A model generated the notes under the pieces. It did no database searches, was not told where the DNA came from, and was given only the letters and a program-made list of their open reading frames with translations. A program made the position numbers and the translations under genes. A stretch of DNA of 38,514 nt from Spirogloea muscicola (taxonomy: Eukaryota), in contig WELB01000003.1 in assembly GCA_009602725.1 (NCBI GenBank), forward strand, positions 72,053 through 110,566, given 5' to 3'. The stretch's first letter is position 1, and the number at the start of each line of letters is the position of its first letter. This document shows positions 11,801 through 24,915 of the stretch, in pieces.

Positions 11801-14800
11801 AGCAGACAGGGGCAGGCTTTCACGGTAAAGGCCAGCCAGCCTGGCAGAATGTCGAAGAAGTGCTGTCACAAGCATCATGAGAGAAATTGACTACGTATCA
11901 GCTATTACCTTCAAGTGCAGACAGAAGTGATTTGGCTTCTGGACGACAGACAAGCCGTGGGAAAGGATATCAACTGTCATGCGAAGGTAACGTACAAGGT
12001 CATACTCCAAAGAGGGCTCTAGCTGGCGTTTTACCACCCTTACCATCATCTGCCAACTTAGATGTATACTCGAGTTGCTCCTGCACTTGGAGTGCCGCTA
12101 CCTGGCTCCTCAGATCCCTCACTGGCTGCTCGACTGCAGTACATGCTCTGCTTGTAGCGGCAGAGCACAAAGCCTCGGCGAGCCATGCCTTTTCAGCGGC
12201 TTCCACATCCAGGGCATATGCCTTGACATCTGATGCAAAGCTGACCATGTGCCCGAATCTGACATGGCACACATGCCTCATTCAGTCCCAAGAAAATATT
12301 CACAATATGATACTTGGCAGCGGTATAGACCTCCTCTTGCCCTATTAGCACAATCTTGAGGTTTCCTCTCGCTGTTGCAGCACTTTGAAGTCCTGTTAGA
12401 TGTGTATGTACAGCCTGCTCAGAAAAATAGTACCTGGCAAAATACGTCACAATCGACTCAGCAAATTCTTTTGCAGAGAGGCTTTTCACAGGCAGGCTCT
12501 TAGATAGCCTGAGCTTGCGATGTTTGAGCTCCACAAGGGCCAAAAAGGGTCCTCTCTGCAGCATGTCCGCTTGGCTTGATTGCAGCTTGCTCAAGAATTG
12601 CTGAGCATGCTGAAATTTCTCCTCCAGCTGCATCAACTCATAATATGTAGCTGATGAACCAACAGAAGTAACAGCTGGTCGCTAAATTGGATGAGTAGAG
12701 GCCCCAACACTCAGTCAAGAACCAGACAACTCAAAGGCAAACAGAATGATAATTCTCTTCAGAAACAGAAAGTGTTTCTAAAGAGAAGCAAATACATGTA
12801 TCTGAGCGAGACAAGTATCTCACATTTCCAATCATGTCAGGAGGAGGCGAAGCATAGCCCTCCTCCAATGTCAGGTTTAGCATTTTATCCATGGCATGCT
12901 CTTGAGCTGACTCATATGTTGCAGGAATTCTAAGATGAGCATCCAAATATGCCAGGAGTGTCGCCCAGTCATCTGGACTGCATGCAAACAGGGTTCTAAG
13001 CCAAGATATGTGCTGGTAAGCTTGATGCACACCTTCTCTTTACTATCTCATCTCTTTCAGCAATTGCTTTTGACAACCTTTTCACAGGGAAAGGATGAAA
13101 GGATGAAATCTAAACGTTTCATCCTTTCACCAATGATCCTTTTCAGTAATGGAGAGCAAAACGAATCGGTCACTTGGGATGTGTTTGGCAGAAAGACGAC
13201 AAGTCACCTCTTTAAAAGGATCCTTGTGTAAACTTCCACCGCATCATCAAAGCGGTGAAGCTGCATCAACAACGAACCCTGCATAGTAGCTTCAAGAGAA
13301 ATTATATGTTGTTGTCCCTCATCAAGTTTGATAGTGCCAGCAAGTGCAGCAAGGACTTACGACAAGCTCAGACAGTCAAATGCCAGAAGCTTCTTTCTGA
13401 CCAAGCACTTACAGCAGGGGCTGACCAATTTTCTTACCTGCAATTGCAGACGTTCTGATTCTATTGTGAACAACTTTCCAGGACTGCCTTCAATCAACTC
13501 GAGGGCAGCAGTATACTTCTCTTGCTGCTGAAGAATGCTCACAAACATCAGCAGAGCTGCAGGCGCACAAGACAGGCTATTGATTAGAAACACTGCTCCT
13601 GCCTCAGTGAGTTGAAGAGGAGAAATCGACCAACTAATTCACAGCAATCGCTAAGTGATAGCCATTCAACCTCGTGACCTTCAGACATCATCTTAGCACA
13701 TATTGCTGCACTGTGCAAAAAATATATGCTCACAATCCAAATCTTGAAATCCATCTGCGCCAAGTCGTTTCCTCAGCAGTGCCTCTGACAACTGAAGTAG
13801 CTTCGCCCTGCCTGCTTTGTCTTTTGTAGCCTGCACTGCATGTGGAACAAAAGCTTCAGATATTTGCATGTGCTCTCTTGACATCACATGTTACCTCAAA
13901 AACTGGCCAAGTGCTTACAGGAGAAACTGCTACTGGTAGCAAGTTGCCCTTCTGGGTTTGCAAGCAAGTTACATACACATGATCGTTGACAAGATAGCTA
14001 CTCTGAATTGTCATACATCGCATTTGCCTTTTCTCTGCCTCACTCAGAAGGTTACAACCGACCTGCAAATCTAGACTACAAATTGCCCAGAGCAAATAGC
14101 GCTCCTCTCCGTACTTCTTATACAATCTCATCGAGACCTGCAGATGAGAAGAACAACTGCAATGAAGAAGAGAAACTAATGTATGTCCTTTGAATCACTT
14201 CAAACAGCATGAAAGAGAGAGAGAGTGCCAGACAAAGTTCATTGCACTGACCAGCTGCTGTTTAACGTAGTCGTATCTGCGGACGTAAGCATGGAAAAGC
14301 GCCACGTTCAGATCCAGGTCGTCTGGGTACTTTGCAGCCGCAATCTCATGGCACTCGACCACGTCGTCTACTGCACTCGAGCATAACGAGACACCTGAGT
14401 AAGGCTGGTCCAAAGTCCAGCAATAGCTGCCAACACAGCACATGGAAAAGAAGACGAGGAGTTGCAAGAAGGGCAATGGCCATACGTCGTCCCAGCCGGC
14501 TGAGAACCTGGTCCAAGTCCCCGAGCACGTTCAAGTCTCTCGGGACCTCCGCCTTGACCTCCAAGCAGACAGCAAGAGCCTCCTCTTTCTTGCCCATGCG
14601 CTCCAGAGTCAAGGCCTTCAGCATCTGCAGAGCAGCCGAGTGCCACCACTGTGCGCGTGCTTAATGAAAGCAGCATAGCCAACGGTATATATCTATAGAA
14701 GAGCCTTGAGTCAACACGGGAGATTGCAACTGATGTGACTTTCACGATGTGGTCATAAAATGAGAAGGGCAGAGACACACGGACTGAAAGGAGCCAATGG

Positions 14801-15013
14801 CCTGGCGGGCCCTAAAGATGAAGCCATCAATGGCAACGGCAAAAGGAAAACGAAAGCTCAAGATAGCGGGGAAGCGCAGGCAACCTTGAGGTGCTGGCTG
14901 CTGGCGTGCTTCTGCAGCAGCGTGTTTGCGAGCTTGAGTGCGGCCTTGTGGTTGCCGGACTCGACGGCGTCGTACAGCGGCCGCAGCCGCCGCTCCAGCA
15001 CGGCGTCCGCCAT
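8841..15013 (-). CDS. NAA25: N-terminal acetyltransferase B auxiliary subunit (NAA25/MDM20/TCU2), about 18 exons
   Basis: Exon 1 (15013-14885) MADAVLERRLRPLYDAVESGNHKAALKL; exon 2 (14624-14486) LKALTLERMGKKEEAL. Further motifs YVKQQLVSMRLYK..EERYLLWAICSL, SPDDW, RGPFLALVE, LEVKHIMLETMTHH and AYRHSTYGKVREFVEFKERL. Last exon about 9677-8841. An in-frame upstream ATG at 15031 is an alternative start. Confidence 0.93.
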
Positions 15014-15189
15014 TGCCGTCGGAGCCCGCATGCAGCAGACCTTCCAGAGGTAGCCACGCTGAACCCCGGGAGGCTGTCAATGAAGGGCAGCGCAAGCAGC
15101 GAGAGAGGCAAGCCGAGCCCTCCGGGGCAGATTGTCCGCGGTCAGGGGACCGTCGCCGTCGCCGTCGCCGTCGCCATCGCCGTCGCCGT

Positions 15190-15222
<33 letters not shown>

Positions 15223-15483
15223 GCCCGCAGAAGCGCGAGTCCGTCCCCCAGGGCTTACAGCCATTGGGACCTTACGTCGTCTCACCGCTTGGGAAGTCCC
15301 ACTGTGGAACGGCGTCGGCCGCCGTCTCGGCGGGCCCGCCGGCAGCCGTGGCAACCCGTCGCGGACTGACTCTGAGCTGACGATAAACGTCAAGTGGCCG
15401 TTAACACCGACGTGAAGTGTCGAGTCAGTGTCCGCCTCGCCCGCCGCCTCCTGCGGCGGGAAGTGCGCCGCGAGCCCTGCGCC
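15014..15483. promoter_or_regulatory. Compact GC-rich bidirectional promoter/5'-UTR region shared by NAA25 and PEX14; contains (GCCGTC)n and (GGC)n repeats at about 15150-15220
   Basis: Divergent start codons at 15013 (-) and 15484 (+), 470 bp apart. Confidence 0.6.
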
Positions 15484-18400
15484 ATGGCCGACGACGACGC
15501 CCCCGCCGCGGCGGCGCCCGCCGCCCTCGCCGGTGAGCGCTCCAGCGAAGCCGTCCCCTCCGCCGCGCCGTCTCCTCCACCGTGCCGCGCGCGGTTTTGC
15601 GGCGGCGATGGCGGCGGCTCAGTCGGCGGCGCTCGTCAGCGGGCTTCCCGCGACGTCTCACGGCGGCACGGCGTCCAGCAAGTCCGCGCGTTTCGACGTT
15701 AGTTGCTGACATGCGAGGCCTTGGCCGCCGTGGTCGTCCCTTGACAGAGCCGGTGGCGGTGCCAGCACAATCCGTCTCAGAAGCGGCAGCAGCGGAGCCG
15801 CCGTCGAAGGCCAGCCCCTTCGCGCCGGCGCCCGCGCCGATACGGCCGGACCAGGTCGAGAACGCCGTCAGCTTTTTGTCGCACCCCAAGGTGCAGGGCT
15901 CGCCAGTCAAGTACCGCCGGTCGTTCCTGGAGCGCAAGGGCCTGACGCCGGCGGAGATTGACGAGGCCTTCACGCGCGTGCCTGTAAGACCGCCACCTTA
16001 TCCACATTTTCCGTTAGGCCGGGCTTCTGTTGTCCCTACACAGGACATCATAAGCTGTTTGCTGTTGTCAGTATCGCCTAAGCTCGTCATTGCTGTCAAC
16101 CAGCGCCGTTCCACGGCCTTAATTTTCTCCAGTTATGGTCGCTGCAGACTCTCCAGTCCTATCTTAGAGTAGTTGCATCATAGCATGTCAGTGTCCACTT
16201 CTAGTAGCTTTATATTACATGGGGGAGCCTGCCAGTCTCTTGGGCTGGCTCGGTGGGGCTCAGTGGTAATCTGAGCCCTGTGGGCCTGTAGGATGCGCCG
16301 TCCACCACTACGACCACAACCACCACATCCACCACGCCAGAGTCGACGTATACGCAAGCAGCTCAGCCATTGCAGGCAGCCCTGCAGCAGCAGCAGCAGC
16401 AGCCGTCTCAGCAGCATCTGGCACCCGGTCAGCAGCTGGTGGCTGTGCAACCCACTGTGCAACCCACTGTTTCTGGCACCACACTTGTGCCTGCTGCTCT
16501 TACCCCTGCCGTTAAGCAGCCGGTGAGATGGACACAGATGGTCTTGGCACTGGGCATCCTAAGTGCTGCTGGAGCTGGAACTGCGGTTGTTGGCCAGGTG
16601 CATATTCCCATCACTTTTCTCAGCAGCTAGCAGCAGTCTTGGGCTGTCATTATTTTCATTTGCTTAGCTTTTGACTGCTTTTGCTGCATGTGTTCCTCAA
16701 TGGGTCTCCATATAGTGGTTTTCACAGCACGAGAGTTGCCTTCTTTCCATGGTCAGAGTGGCATGTAAGGCTTCAATTATACAGCTTGCTGATGACCCAT
16801 TTGCTTCTTGCTTTTGCTGCAGAGGCTCATATTGCCCCGCTTGAAGTCGTGGCTGCGAGCTTTCATTCTGGATGACTCACAAGGAAAACAGATGAAAGAA
16901 GAGAGTCCTGCTCCTAAGGTCCTCACTCCTGCTGAGCAGGCTGCTCAATCAGCCGCTGCAGCAGCAATGAGCACTGCTGAAGCTGTGAGGGAGCTGTCTG
17001 CTGCAAGATTTGATGGTAAGTGGCTGCAACTTAGTGCAGGCCATTTCCCACTTGGCTTTATTCTGCACAATACGCAAACTGCAAGTCACGTGATGTGTTT
17101 CTCAAATGTGTCAGGCATAGCACTTGGATGTGTTGCAGACATGGTGTAGGTCCGAAGGATGCACCATCTGATCGGATGTCTCTGGTCTCAAACTTGTTGC
17201 CTGCTGCAGACTGTCAGGTGTTAGCCAAGCTTGTCAAGGTCCTGGAGGTACAGGCACTGGAGGTGAAAAATGCATTGGCCGGCATAAAGGAAGCCCCTCG
17301 CACCCCCGCAGAGCCAAGCCTGACAATTGAAGACCTGAGACAAGGTAATGGCAGCATGGGCTTGCATGGCTTTTTGGGCCGCATCATGCTCTTGGCCCAT
17401 CTGGCCCATCAGCTATCCTTGTAAGCCTCGAACTTAGTAACTTCGAAATTGACAGAGCTGAGGCACGTCCGCAACGGTCCGGCTGAAGTGGGCAGTACAC
17501 CAACATATCAGAAGCAGCCCGAGCAACATTACCAGAAGCAGCCCGAGCAACCTGGCCTCGACAGCATCCAAGCCCAGCTCGCGCAAGTCAAGGAGCTCTT
17601 GCTTAGCCAATCAGCAGCGGCTACTCCATTACCGCAAGCTGGCGGAGCTCATCAGATAGCAGCCACTGGTAGTCTTGGGCCTCTCAAATTTGCCCCTACA
17701 AGCGCAACCGCTGGTACAGGTCCTTCAGATGGTCAGGTGTGTGTGCCTAAAAAGCTCTGTGCTGTACTCGATGGACTGAAACAAGTCATAACTGCTGCTT
17801 TGTAGACAAGTTGCAAAGTTGGAGATTTGAAAGCAGTTAAGTGCAGACTGAATAACAAGGAGCACAGGTTGCCCTGTGCTAGAGTGGTTGAAGAGATAGT
17901 TGTGATCATAGCCCTAAGTGCAGGTCCCTTGTCTGTGAGCTGCCGCAGGTGTTTGAAGCAGCAAGGTTGGCGGCACCTCCAAAGGGGCAGAGTCCACTTG
18001 CTGGTAATGCGATAGCCCCCTCCTGTAACACCAATATCCTGCGGAGACCTGTGACAAAGTTTAACCGGTTGATCAGATCATCAATTGCTTGCCTCATCTA
18101 GGATTGTTATAAGGGCTGGCCACTTGGTGAGGGCGTATTATTCCCTTTTCTGTGTTGATTGCTTCTGACCTTGTGATCTGCATTTTCGTCAACCGTCTCT
18201 TGAGTGCAGGGGAGGCCACACATCCTCAGTCATACCTTGATGTCCGTGACTTACAACTTAGACCATCCACTAGCAATAATCTGCACGCCCTCTCAAATTG
18301 CATGTCAGACACAGCCTTCTCTGGTGTTGTATATATGAAACAAGATACAATATGGTCTTCTACACCAAGAGGTGTTGTTGGCTTAAATAAAAGTTGCCTT

Positions 18401-19555
18401 CCAACACGACTTTCAGGTCCTAGAAATGGTCCAGCGAGGAGAGAGGCCTCCAGGCATTCGAGTAACGAACACAGCCTGGCACTTATCTGATGCCTTTCAT
18501 TTGTTTTACCAAGGCATATCCTTAAATGGTGTTTGCAATCTACCAAGCATGCAGCAGCTATTGCTTTAACACTTTCTGTGGTGTACCTGTGACAGGAGAT
18601 CAATGACAAGCCACCCAACCCTGGGCAAATGCCTTCTAGTTCCCGCATGAGACCACCGCTTAAGGTCGGTGGTGGATGAGTAGTGGCATCCAAGACAGAG
18701 CAGGAGTTGCTTCTGTATCTCCTGTAGTGCTCATTTCTGCACATGTAAATTAAATTTGGAGCAAAACCAGTGAAATGTATTGATGTGCATTTGTGGGAGC
18801 TGATGGAGCTGAGAGATGACCACTTTCTCCAGCCACTCTATTTAAATCGCATTCCTGATTGTCTTGCTGGTCAGCCATGGGAGCAAGCGCAACTTCCACC
18901 GTACGCAGCCCCGCAGGCTTTCGAGCCCTCGACTGCCCCCATCTACCACACAGGCTCCGCTACGGCCAGCCAAGCTGCAGCGCCCACTGTGAAGGTCAAC
19001 GTTACTGCAACGACCATCTTGCCGGATGCAACGGCAGCTGATTCTACAGTCCCATGGTGGCGGAGGCAGGCTGCATTGCAGGAGCCCGCCCCTGTCAGAC
19101 CCAGTGGCGTCACCATCACTGAGCTCGATCACTCTCAGGGAGGCCCGCTGGCTGCAGACACGCCTTTGTATGGCGCTCAATATGCCGTTGCTTCAAACCC
19201 AAATCTGGGGCCGTCAGGCAGCGCCAGTGGCAGCGGCAGCGGCAGCGGTGGGGTGCAGGAGGCTCCCGGCGGTGGCCGGGCCGGCTGGCGGCCTCCACCG
19301 GCCCCGCAGCCTCTGATGCCTGAGGCAGCTGCCGCAATCCACCATCGACGAGCCCAGGTTCAGCCTCCTGCTGCAGAGTACGCCGCAGATGAGCAAGAGC
19401 AGCACGTGGACCAGAGGGATGCTGCCCGGCAGGAGTTCGGTCAGCAGTTGCCTGTTGGTGGTACTGCCGACGTCAGAGAGGAGGCTGAAACCTCCCGTGA
19501 TCAGCTTCATGGCTCCGAGCAAGGCGGAGAAGCACCCATACAAACCTACCAATAA
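15484..19555 (+). CDS. PEX14: Peroxisomal membrane docking protein PEX14, about 11 exons
   Basis: Exon 1 15484-15532. Exon 2 15748-15983 carries the Pex14 N-domain (IRPDQVENAVSFLSHPKVQGSPVKYRRSFLERKGLTPAEIDEAF). Hydrophobic segment then LILPRLKSWLR. The plant-type C-terminal motif HPQSYLDVLEMVQRGERPPGIREINDKPPNP...KPWE is split over small exons at about 18210-18241, 18417-18461 and 18596-18664. Last exon 18875-19555. Confidence 0.95.
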
Positions 19556-20267
19556 GATCGTCATATACAAGGCTTCAACTATAAAGCACATCTCACAATG
19601 GTGTCATTGTGGCGTGCATGTGGATTGAGTCTTCGCTTGGTACAGATAGTTTGCAGCAGATTGCTGCATAGCGTCTCAGAGGAACCTTATTTTGCCTCAA
19701 GTTTCTATGATTGGGGCGGACTGTACAAAGACATGGATGCATAGTTGCTATTTGCTTGTTAGCTTGAAGCGCTTGGCATGATTGGACACTGTGACCATTG
19801 GCATTCAGGCTTGGCATTGCGGGATGCCAAGCCTGCCTTATGTGTGCCTCTGCTTGTCCCTTGCAGCTCCAAAATCCTCTATGACAATCTGCTCTGCTAA
19901 CAGTGAAGTAGTAGTTCCACCAAGTGAAGGTGCTGGCAGCATTCAACGAAAGCATACCAAGTGGCACAATGAAGCTCGTATTCTGCACATGGAGCAGTGC
20001 TCCAATGTGGCATCAAGACTCGTGTTGCTGCATTTGCCACCAGCACAAATGAAACCGCTTGATAGTGGAACCAAGAGCTTATCAGAAGCTAATTGTACAG
20101 GGCAACAAAATTGTCGAGCTTGTGAGTTCCACACTGGAAGCACCGAGTCATCAGTTGAAGAACTAAGATGCCAAGGGCATGTGATAACAGAGGGGTGTCT
20201 TGCTGTGAAGCGAAGCCTTTGCCGAGCCAGTGACCTGGCCTTTTGTGCAGTGCACAATATGCTGGGC

Positions 20268-21316
20268 TCAGAAATCTTCATCTATGCGAAATTCCTGGAC
20301 ATCATATGCGCTGCGTGCATGTAGCAGGGCCTGCATGGCCTCCTTGCTCTGCTGGCTTTGCTGAGACAGCGCGAGCAGAATGGCTTCCTTGGTCGCCCGC
20401 ACTTCCCGCAGGATCTCCTTGCCAAGGCTATCAGATGCCTCCTCCCTCAACTGAGCTGCTGCAGCCTCACGCTTGCGCGTCTCCAGCAGCTCTTGGCAGA
20501 GGTCCGACAGGCCCTTGAGGCCGTAGAATTCGGCCTCGCACTTCAATCCCTGACAGTGGGCAGGTCACAAAGCGTCACTTGTCGTACTTTGTGAATCACG
20601 ATCGCAATGAGCCTTCGCCAAGATCGTGATTGTTAGACATTCCATCCTCCAAAGTCACAAAGCAGGCAGTGATTTCCACGAGGGCCTCCCGTGTTAGGAG
20701 CAGTGACAGGATGGAAATTACTTGCACTTCGACTCAGTACATGCTCAATGGCCCTCCTGTAACAGAATGTCGAATGGAGGCTTGCAAGTGATGGCGTGCG
20801 GCTTACCTCGAGCTCACCCTCCTTGGTTAGGAACACCCGGCCAGTCCGGAGGTAGTTCAGTATGTCGCCAAAGAGGCCGCCGTCGCGGTCCAGCCACAGG
20901 ACGCCGCCGGGCTCGTCCGAGGCGCCGCTCTGCCAGCGCAGCATTCGGGCAGCCAGCATGGACTGGTGGTCGCGGGTGACCAGCGTGTCCGCCGACGTCT
21001 CGAACAGCGTGCCGCCGACGTTCAGGCGGACCGTCTCCCGCCGCCGCTTGGTACGAGAAGGGCTTGTGGGTTTCGCCTTCACGGCCTGGCCGTCTCCGTC
21101 CGCCCGCTGGAAGAGCTGCCGCTGCAGCAGCAGCCGGCTCGGTGGCGGAGACCCACACGGCTGCGCGACGGGCAGCCGGAGGGCGGAGCGGCCCTCGGGC
21201 GTGCGAGGCGGTGGCGGCACGGCGGCAGCGCTCGGCTCGGGGCCGTCCGGGCTGCCCATGGAAGTGTCGGCGTCGGGCCCGGCGGCGGCGGCCTTGGGCC
21301 CCGCCGGCTTCTCCAT
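20268..21316 (-). CDS. BTB/POZ (KCTD/T1-type) domain protein with C-terminal coiled coil; 2 exons
   Basis: Exon 1 21316-20807 (VRLNVGGTLFETSADTL...LDRDGGLFGDILNYLRTG, donor gtaagc). Exon 2 20549-20268 (GLKCEAEFYGL). Alternative ATG at 21325. Confidence 0.9.
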
Positions 21317-22242
21317 GTCCCGCATCCGGCCTGCGCTCCAAGAGACGACAGGCGATGGATGACCCGGCCGCAGCATGAATCTTTCAAGTTAGCAGTTAGC
21401 AGTTATTGTGCAACTAGATGCGTTTGAGTCCCTGGTTATCTTGCAGTTGCACCACCATCCCACGGCGATGGCGTGGTCAACGAGACTTAGCAGGTGCCTG
21501 GAGGAGCAGCTCGGCTGCAGGCTGCGCGGCCCGCGCAGGCTATCCAGACGTCGCCGCCGCCGTCCCGCTACGGCGGAGGCGCCGCTCGCGCCGAGGCTGC
21601 CGCGCATGCGACGGCGAGCGAGGGGGCTTGCGGGGTTTGCTGCGCCTGCGGCGGACTGAGGCCTGCCGGCTCGGCCGTTCGCAGCAACAACGCAGGCTCA
21701 CCTCAGCCAGCCGCGCAGCCGCGGCAACGGCGGCGGCACTGGCGGTGGCGNGGCCGCGCCCGCTGCCATGGCGGCGGCGGCGGCGGCGGAATCGGCGTCG
21801 CGGGCCGCGGCGGCAATTGCGGCGCAGCGGGCGGAGAAGCGAGAGAGATTTGCAACGGTCGTGCGAAGCCTCGTTGCCGCCTCGTCATACGGCGCTGGCC
21901 GGCCTCTCGTTCCGTCGGCCTCTCGTAACGTCCAACGGCGGGCCCGCCCATCCGTCAGGGCCTTGGATGCTTCGGAGGGCCGCCCGGTAACGCAGCAGGC
22001 GCCGGGGCGCATGATCGCCCTGTGGGAAGACCTTGTCCCGATCCACGAATGGACTACATCTGCGTCCTCTTGGTATCCGGCAACCCAGATTTTGTCCAGC
22101 CTGCGACTGGCAAGAATCTGCACGACTCTGCCGGCATCATTCGGTGACGGCGAGGGGTCACTGAGCAGCCATGCTTGGTGGCTTGCTTTCTGCGTGGAAT
22201 ACGTTTGTTGACTCCTCTGGACCGGAGTGCAAAGGAGCCGGA

Positions 22243-22660
22243 GTCCTTCGCACTCCGGCTCCTTCAGACCTTGTCCATTCCTCTGGGCTGGCCTTTCCCA
22301 GCCACCAGTCAATCTGGCCGCGCTTTCTTTGTGGACCGAGGTCCATAATCGTGGGACGACCTATCACAGCCTCGCCCCGTTCATTTGTTTCTTACAGATT
22401 CCAGCATGATTTGCAGCATTCCCGGCTCTAGCCATACATCTGCGGCGCGCACTAAGCCAGGCCACTGGCTTGCCTGGGCTCCCCAGATCATTCAGTTGGA
22501 TATGCATGTACTCACTCGTGTATACTCGAATCTCCTTTCAGTTACTATTGGTTTCTCCTCTTACCTTAGCCCCTCTTCGATAATTATTTGTTCTTCTTGC
22601 AAAAATGGTATGTTGGCCTCCCTTCTGCATAAAGGGCACCGCGCGCCTTCTCTCTCTCTT
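22243..22660 (+). mobile_element. Two tandem CRE-like 3'-end fragments (subfamily B 22243-22330; degenerate subfamily C about 22400-22660)
   Basis: gtccttcgcactccggctccttcagacc...ctggccgcgctttctt, then ALAIHLR-RAL...DMHVLTRVY and the terminal gcaccgcgcgccttctctctc. Confidence 0.8.
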
Positions 22661-23206
22661 CAGATAGAATGTGAAGAACTGTCCAGGCCGGGGAGCTCCT
22701 GGTGGTGTACTGGTCAGAGAATACTTAATCCTTGCGGCAGGAAGTATCAAGTGTTTGTATTAGCTACGTTGGCGGTTCAGTAGTTTGCCCAACATACAAA
22801 AACTGGTCAGGCGTCTCCTAGGATCATGAGGTAGTATGGAGATCTCTGGGCAGCTCAGTAAGGCAGTGTCCTTGATAAATATGTTAGCACTTATGTACAT
22901 CGGCTTCAAAAGTGCTGACAACAATATGCTATGCATTGCAGAAGCAAGAGAACGTCGAGAGGCCAACAGCAGTCTTATGAAACCAATGGGTTCAGGCTGT
23001 GAGATATGTGTTATCATTGAGAGCCTCCGTGTCATATGGCATCTTGCATGACAGCGCTAGACACTGTCATGATTAGGCGGGCATACGCGCATGCTTGCGA
23101 CAAGTGCTTCTGCTTTTGCTCCTCGCAAATGCGGTGAACTTTTGGACGTGACGACACTGGCAGGCCTGGCCTTCAAATCACGTGCAGGCAAGAATCAGAG
23201 ATCGTC

Positions 23207-23300
23207 AAACTCACACCTATTCAAAAACTCAAAAAAACTCAAAACTCAGAAACTCACACCTATTCCAAAAAACTCACACCTATTCAAACTCACACCTATT
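23207..23300 (+). repeat. Irregular tandem repeat of AAACTCACACCTATT (4 copies) with partial AAACTC units
   Basis: Copies at 23207, 23250, 23270 and 23286. Confidence 0.9.
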
Positions 23301-24599
23301 GGATGCGTAAATCACACCGAGCTTGACGAGCTGAAGCTCCTAAAACAGTGGGAAGTTGCTATTCAACAGCACACGATTGAAGAAGATAAGGAAATGGAGA
23401 TAGATGCTTCCATGCAGTCATGTGCACCTTCTTGCAGTCTTTATTCAAAGTTGCTCCCATGATGTCGTACTTTCGTAGTTGGCTCAGTAACTGAATTTCT
23501 TACAGGCGTTGTACTTGTGCTCATTTGGCACACGCGACATGAAGTGCCTGAGCCAAATTAGATGAATGTAGCTCGTCAAACATCTTTCACTACTCTCAGA
23601 AGCAGCGCATCAGCATGGCCGCCCGCACTGAGTCATTCGTTTTGCCAGACCAGAAATCTCCGGTTTTGACACCAGATCACAGTCAACTGCCAGCTCACAG
23701 ATTTGCACAGCGATCAGGGTTCAAAAGTTGTTGACTCGCCATGTGCAGATCAAGATGTTCAATAAAACAACAGGAGTGTGCTTGCAACAAGTAGTGGAGA
23801 CTGCTCGGTCTCGCTCACGACGACCCTTCTGAGGTTTGCAGAGGCTAGCCCTGAGGTGTGCACTGTCTATTTTGCTCGTATTCCATCATGCATCAAAACC
23901 TAGCATGGCCTGCCTTTAGCAGATATTTCCTTGAGCCTTGCGGGCAGTAATTTGCTTTCATTTGCTCGCATTGTTTCTCTGCTACTTGTACATACAGGAC
24001 ACAGGGGTTGCTGAAAGCTGCTGAATGCAAGCTGAGGTTGCAGAGACATGTTTGAAGCAGCTAAATAAAGCGACCGTGATGTGCAGAGAGACTGCGAGGG
24101 ATTCATGAGGAGAAAGAAAGCCACATCAAGCCAGTACATTTTCCAGGCAAAGCTAGTGCAAAGGATGGGGCCTCACAAAGCAACGAAGAAAGTGCCCGCT
24201 TAGGGCGGCCAAAGGTATCTGTGCGAAAGCACGCTAAATAGGGACTTGGGTACCCACGAGCGAACGCGTGCAGAGCGCGAGCGCCTGTAGGCAGTCGGTG
24301 AACTATGCAGGAACCACGCCCAGGGCATCCAAGCCTGGTGACACGGCACGCGCCTGTGCTGCTTCCTGCATCTTCGCATGTCCTGACCAGGCGCTGAGGC
24401 TGGTGTCCACGTGCAGTGATGCTGTCTGCACTGGCCTGCGAGGGGGTGGCTCGCCGTGGTGGCTTGCCGTCTGGGCCCCACGAGAGTCACATCGTGGGTG
24501 GGCTTTGAGGGCTGTGATTGGCCAGCCCAACTAGTCTGAGACAGAGTTCGAAAGGGCCAAGAAAAGACCTAAGAGGGGAAAACAGCTCTTCCGAATCTA

Positions 24600-24915
24600 A
24601 GGCAATGGCTGAGAGAGGCCAGCCCAAAAGAGAAACCGCGGCCAGATTGACTGGTGGCTGTGAGAGGCCTGCCCAAAAGTATGGACAAGGTCTGAAGGAG
24701 CCAGAGGGAAGATGCAAAAAGCACTGCGACTCAAGTGGCCACCAAGTGGCCCCCATGGAGCAGCCGCAGGTCACAGGGGAAAACCTAGTGTTCTGGGGAG
24801 GCCCCTGATCCTACACACGTTTCTGGCCCCTTCGAACCTTGTCAATTCGAACCTTGTCTTTCGGGCTGGCATCTCACAGCCCTTGGCCTTTACTGGGAGA
24901 GCCACGTCTCCCTCA
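24600..24915. mobile_element. CRE-like 3'-UTR fragments in both orientations (- about 24600-24705; + about 24820-24915)
   Basis: gcggccagattgactggtggctg...tggacaaggtctgaaggagcc, and cgggctggcatctcacagcccttgg...gagagccacgtctccctc. Confidence 0.8.

Noticed and set aside
19593..20324. ORFs of 112-180 aa between PEX14 and the BTB gene
   Set aside because: They lie in the convergent 3'-UTR region and have no recognisable motifs.
21418..22211. Ala/Arg-rich + strand ORFs (for example 21768-22211) as a gene divergent from the BTB gene
   Set aside because: No recognisable domain or convincing downstream exons, and GC-rich DNA is stop-poor. A decayed gene cannot be excluded.
23207..23300. CRISPR array or interstitial telomere
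   Set aside because: The units are 15 bp without unique spacers, do not match CCCTAAA/CCCTAA, and the context is eukaryotic.
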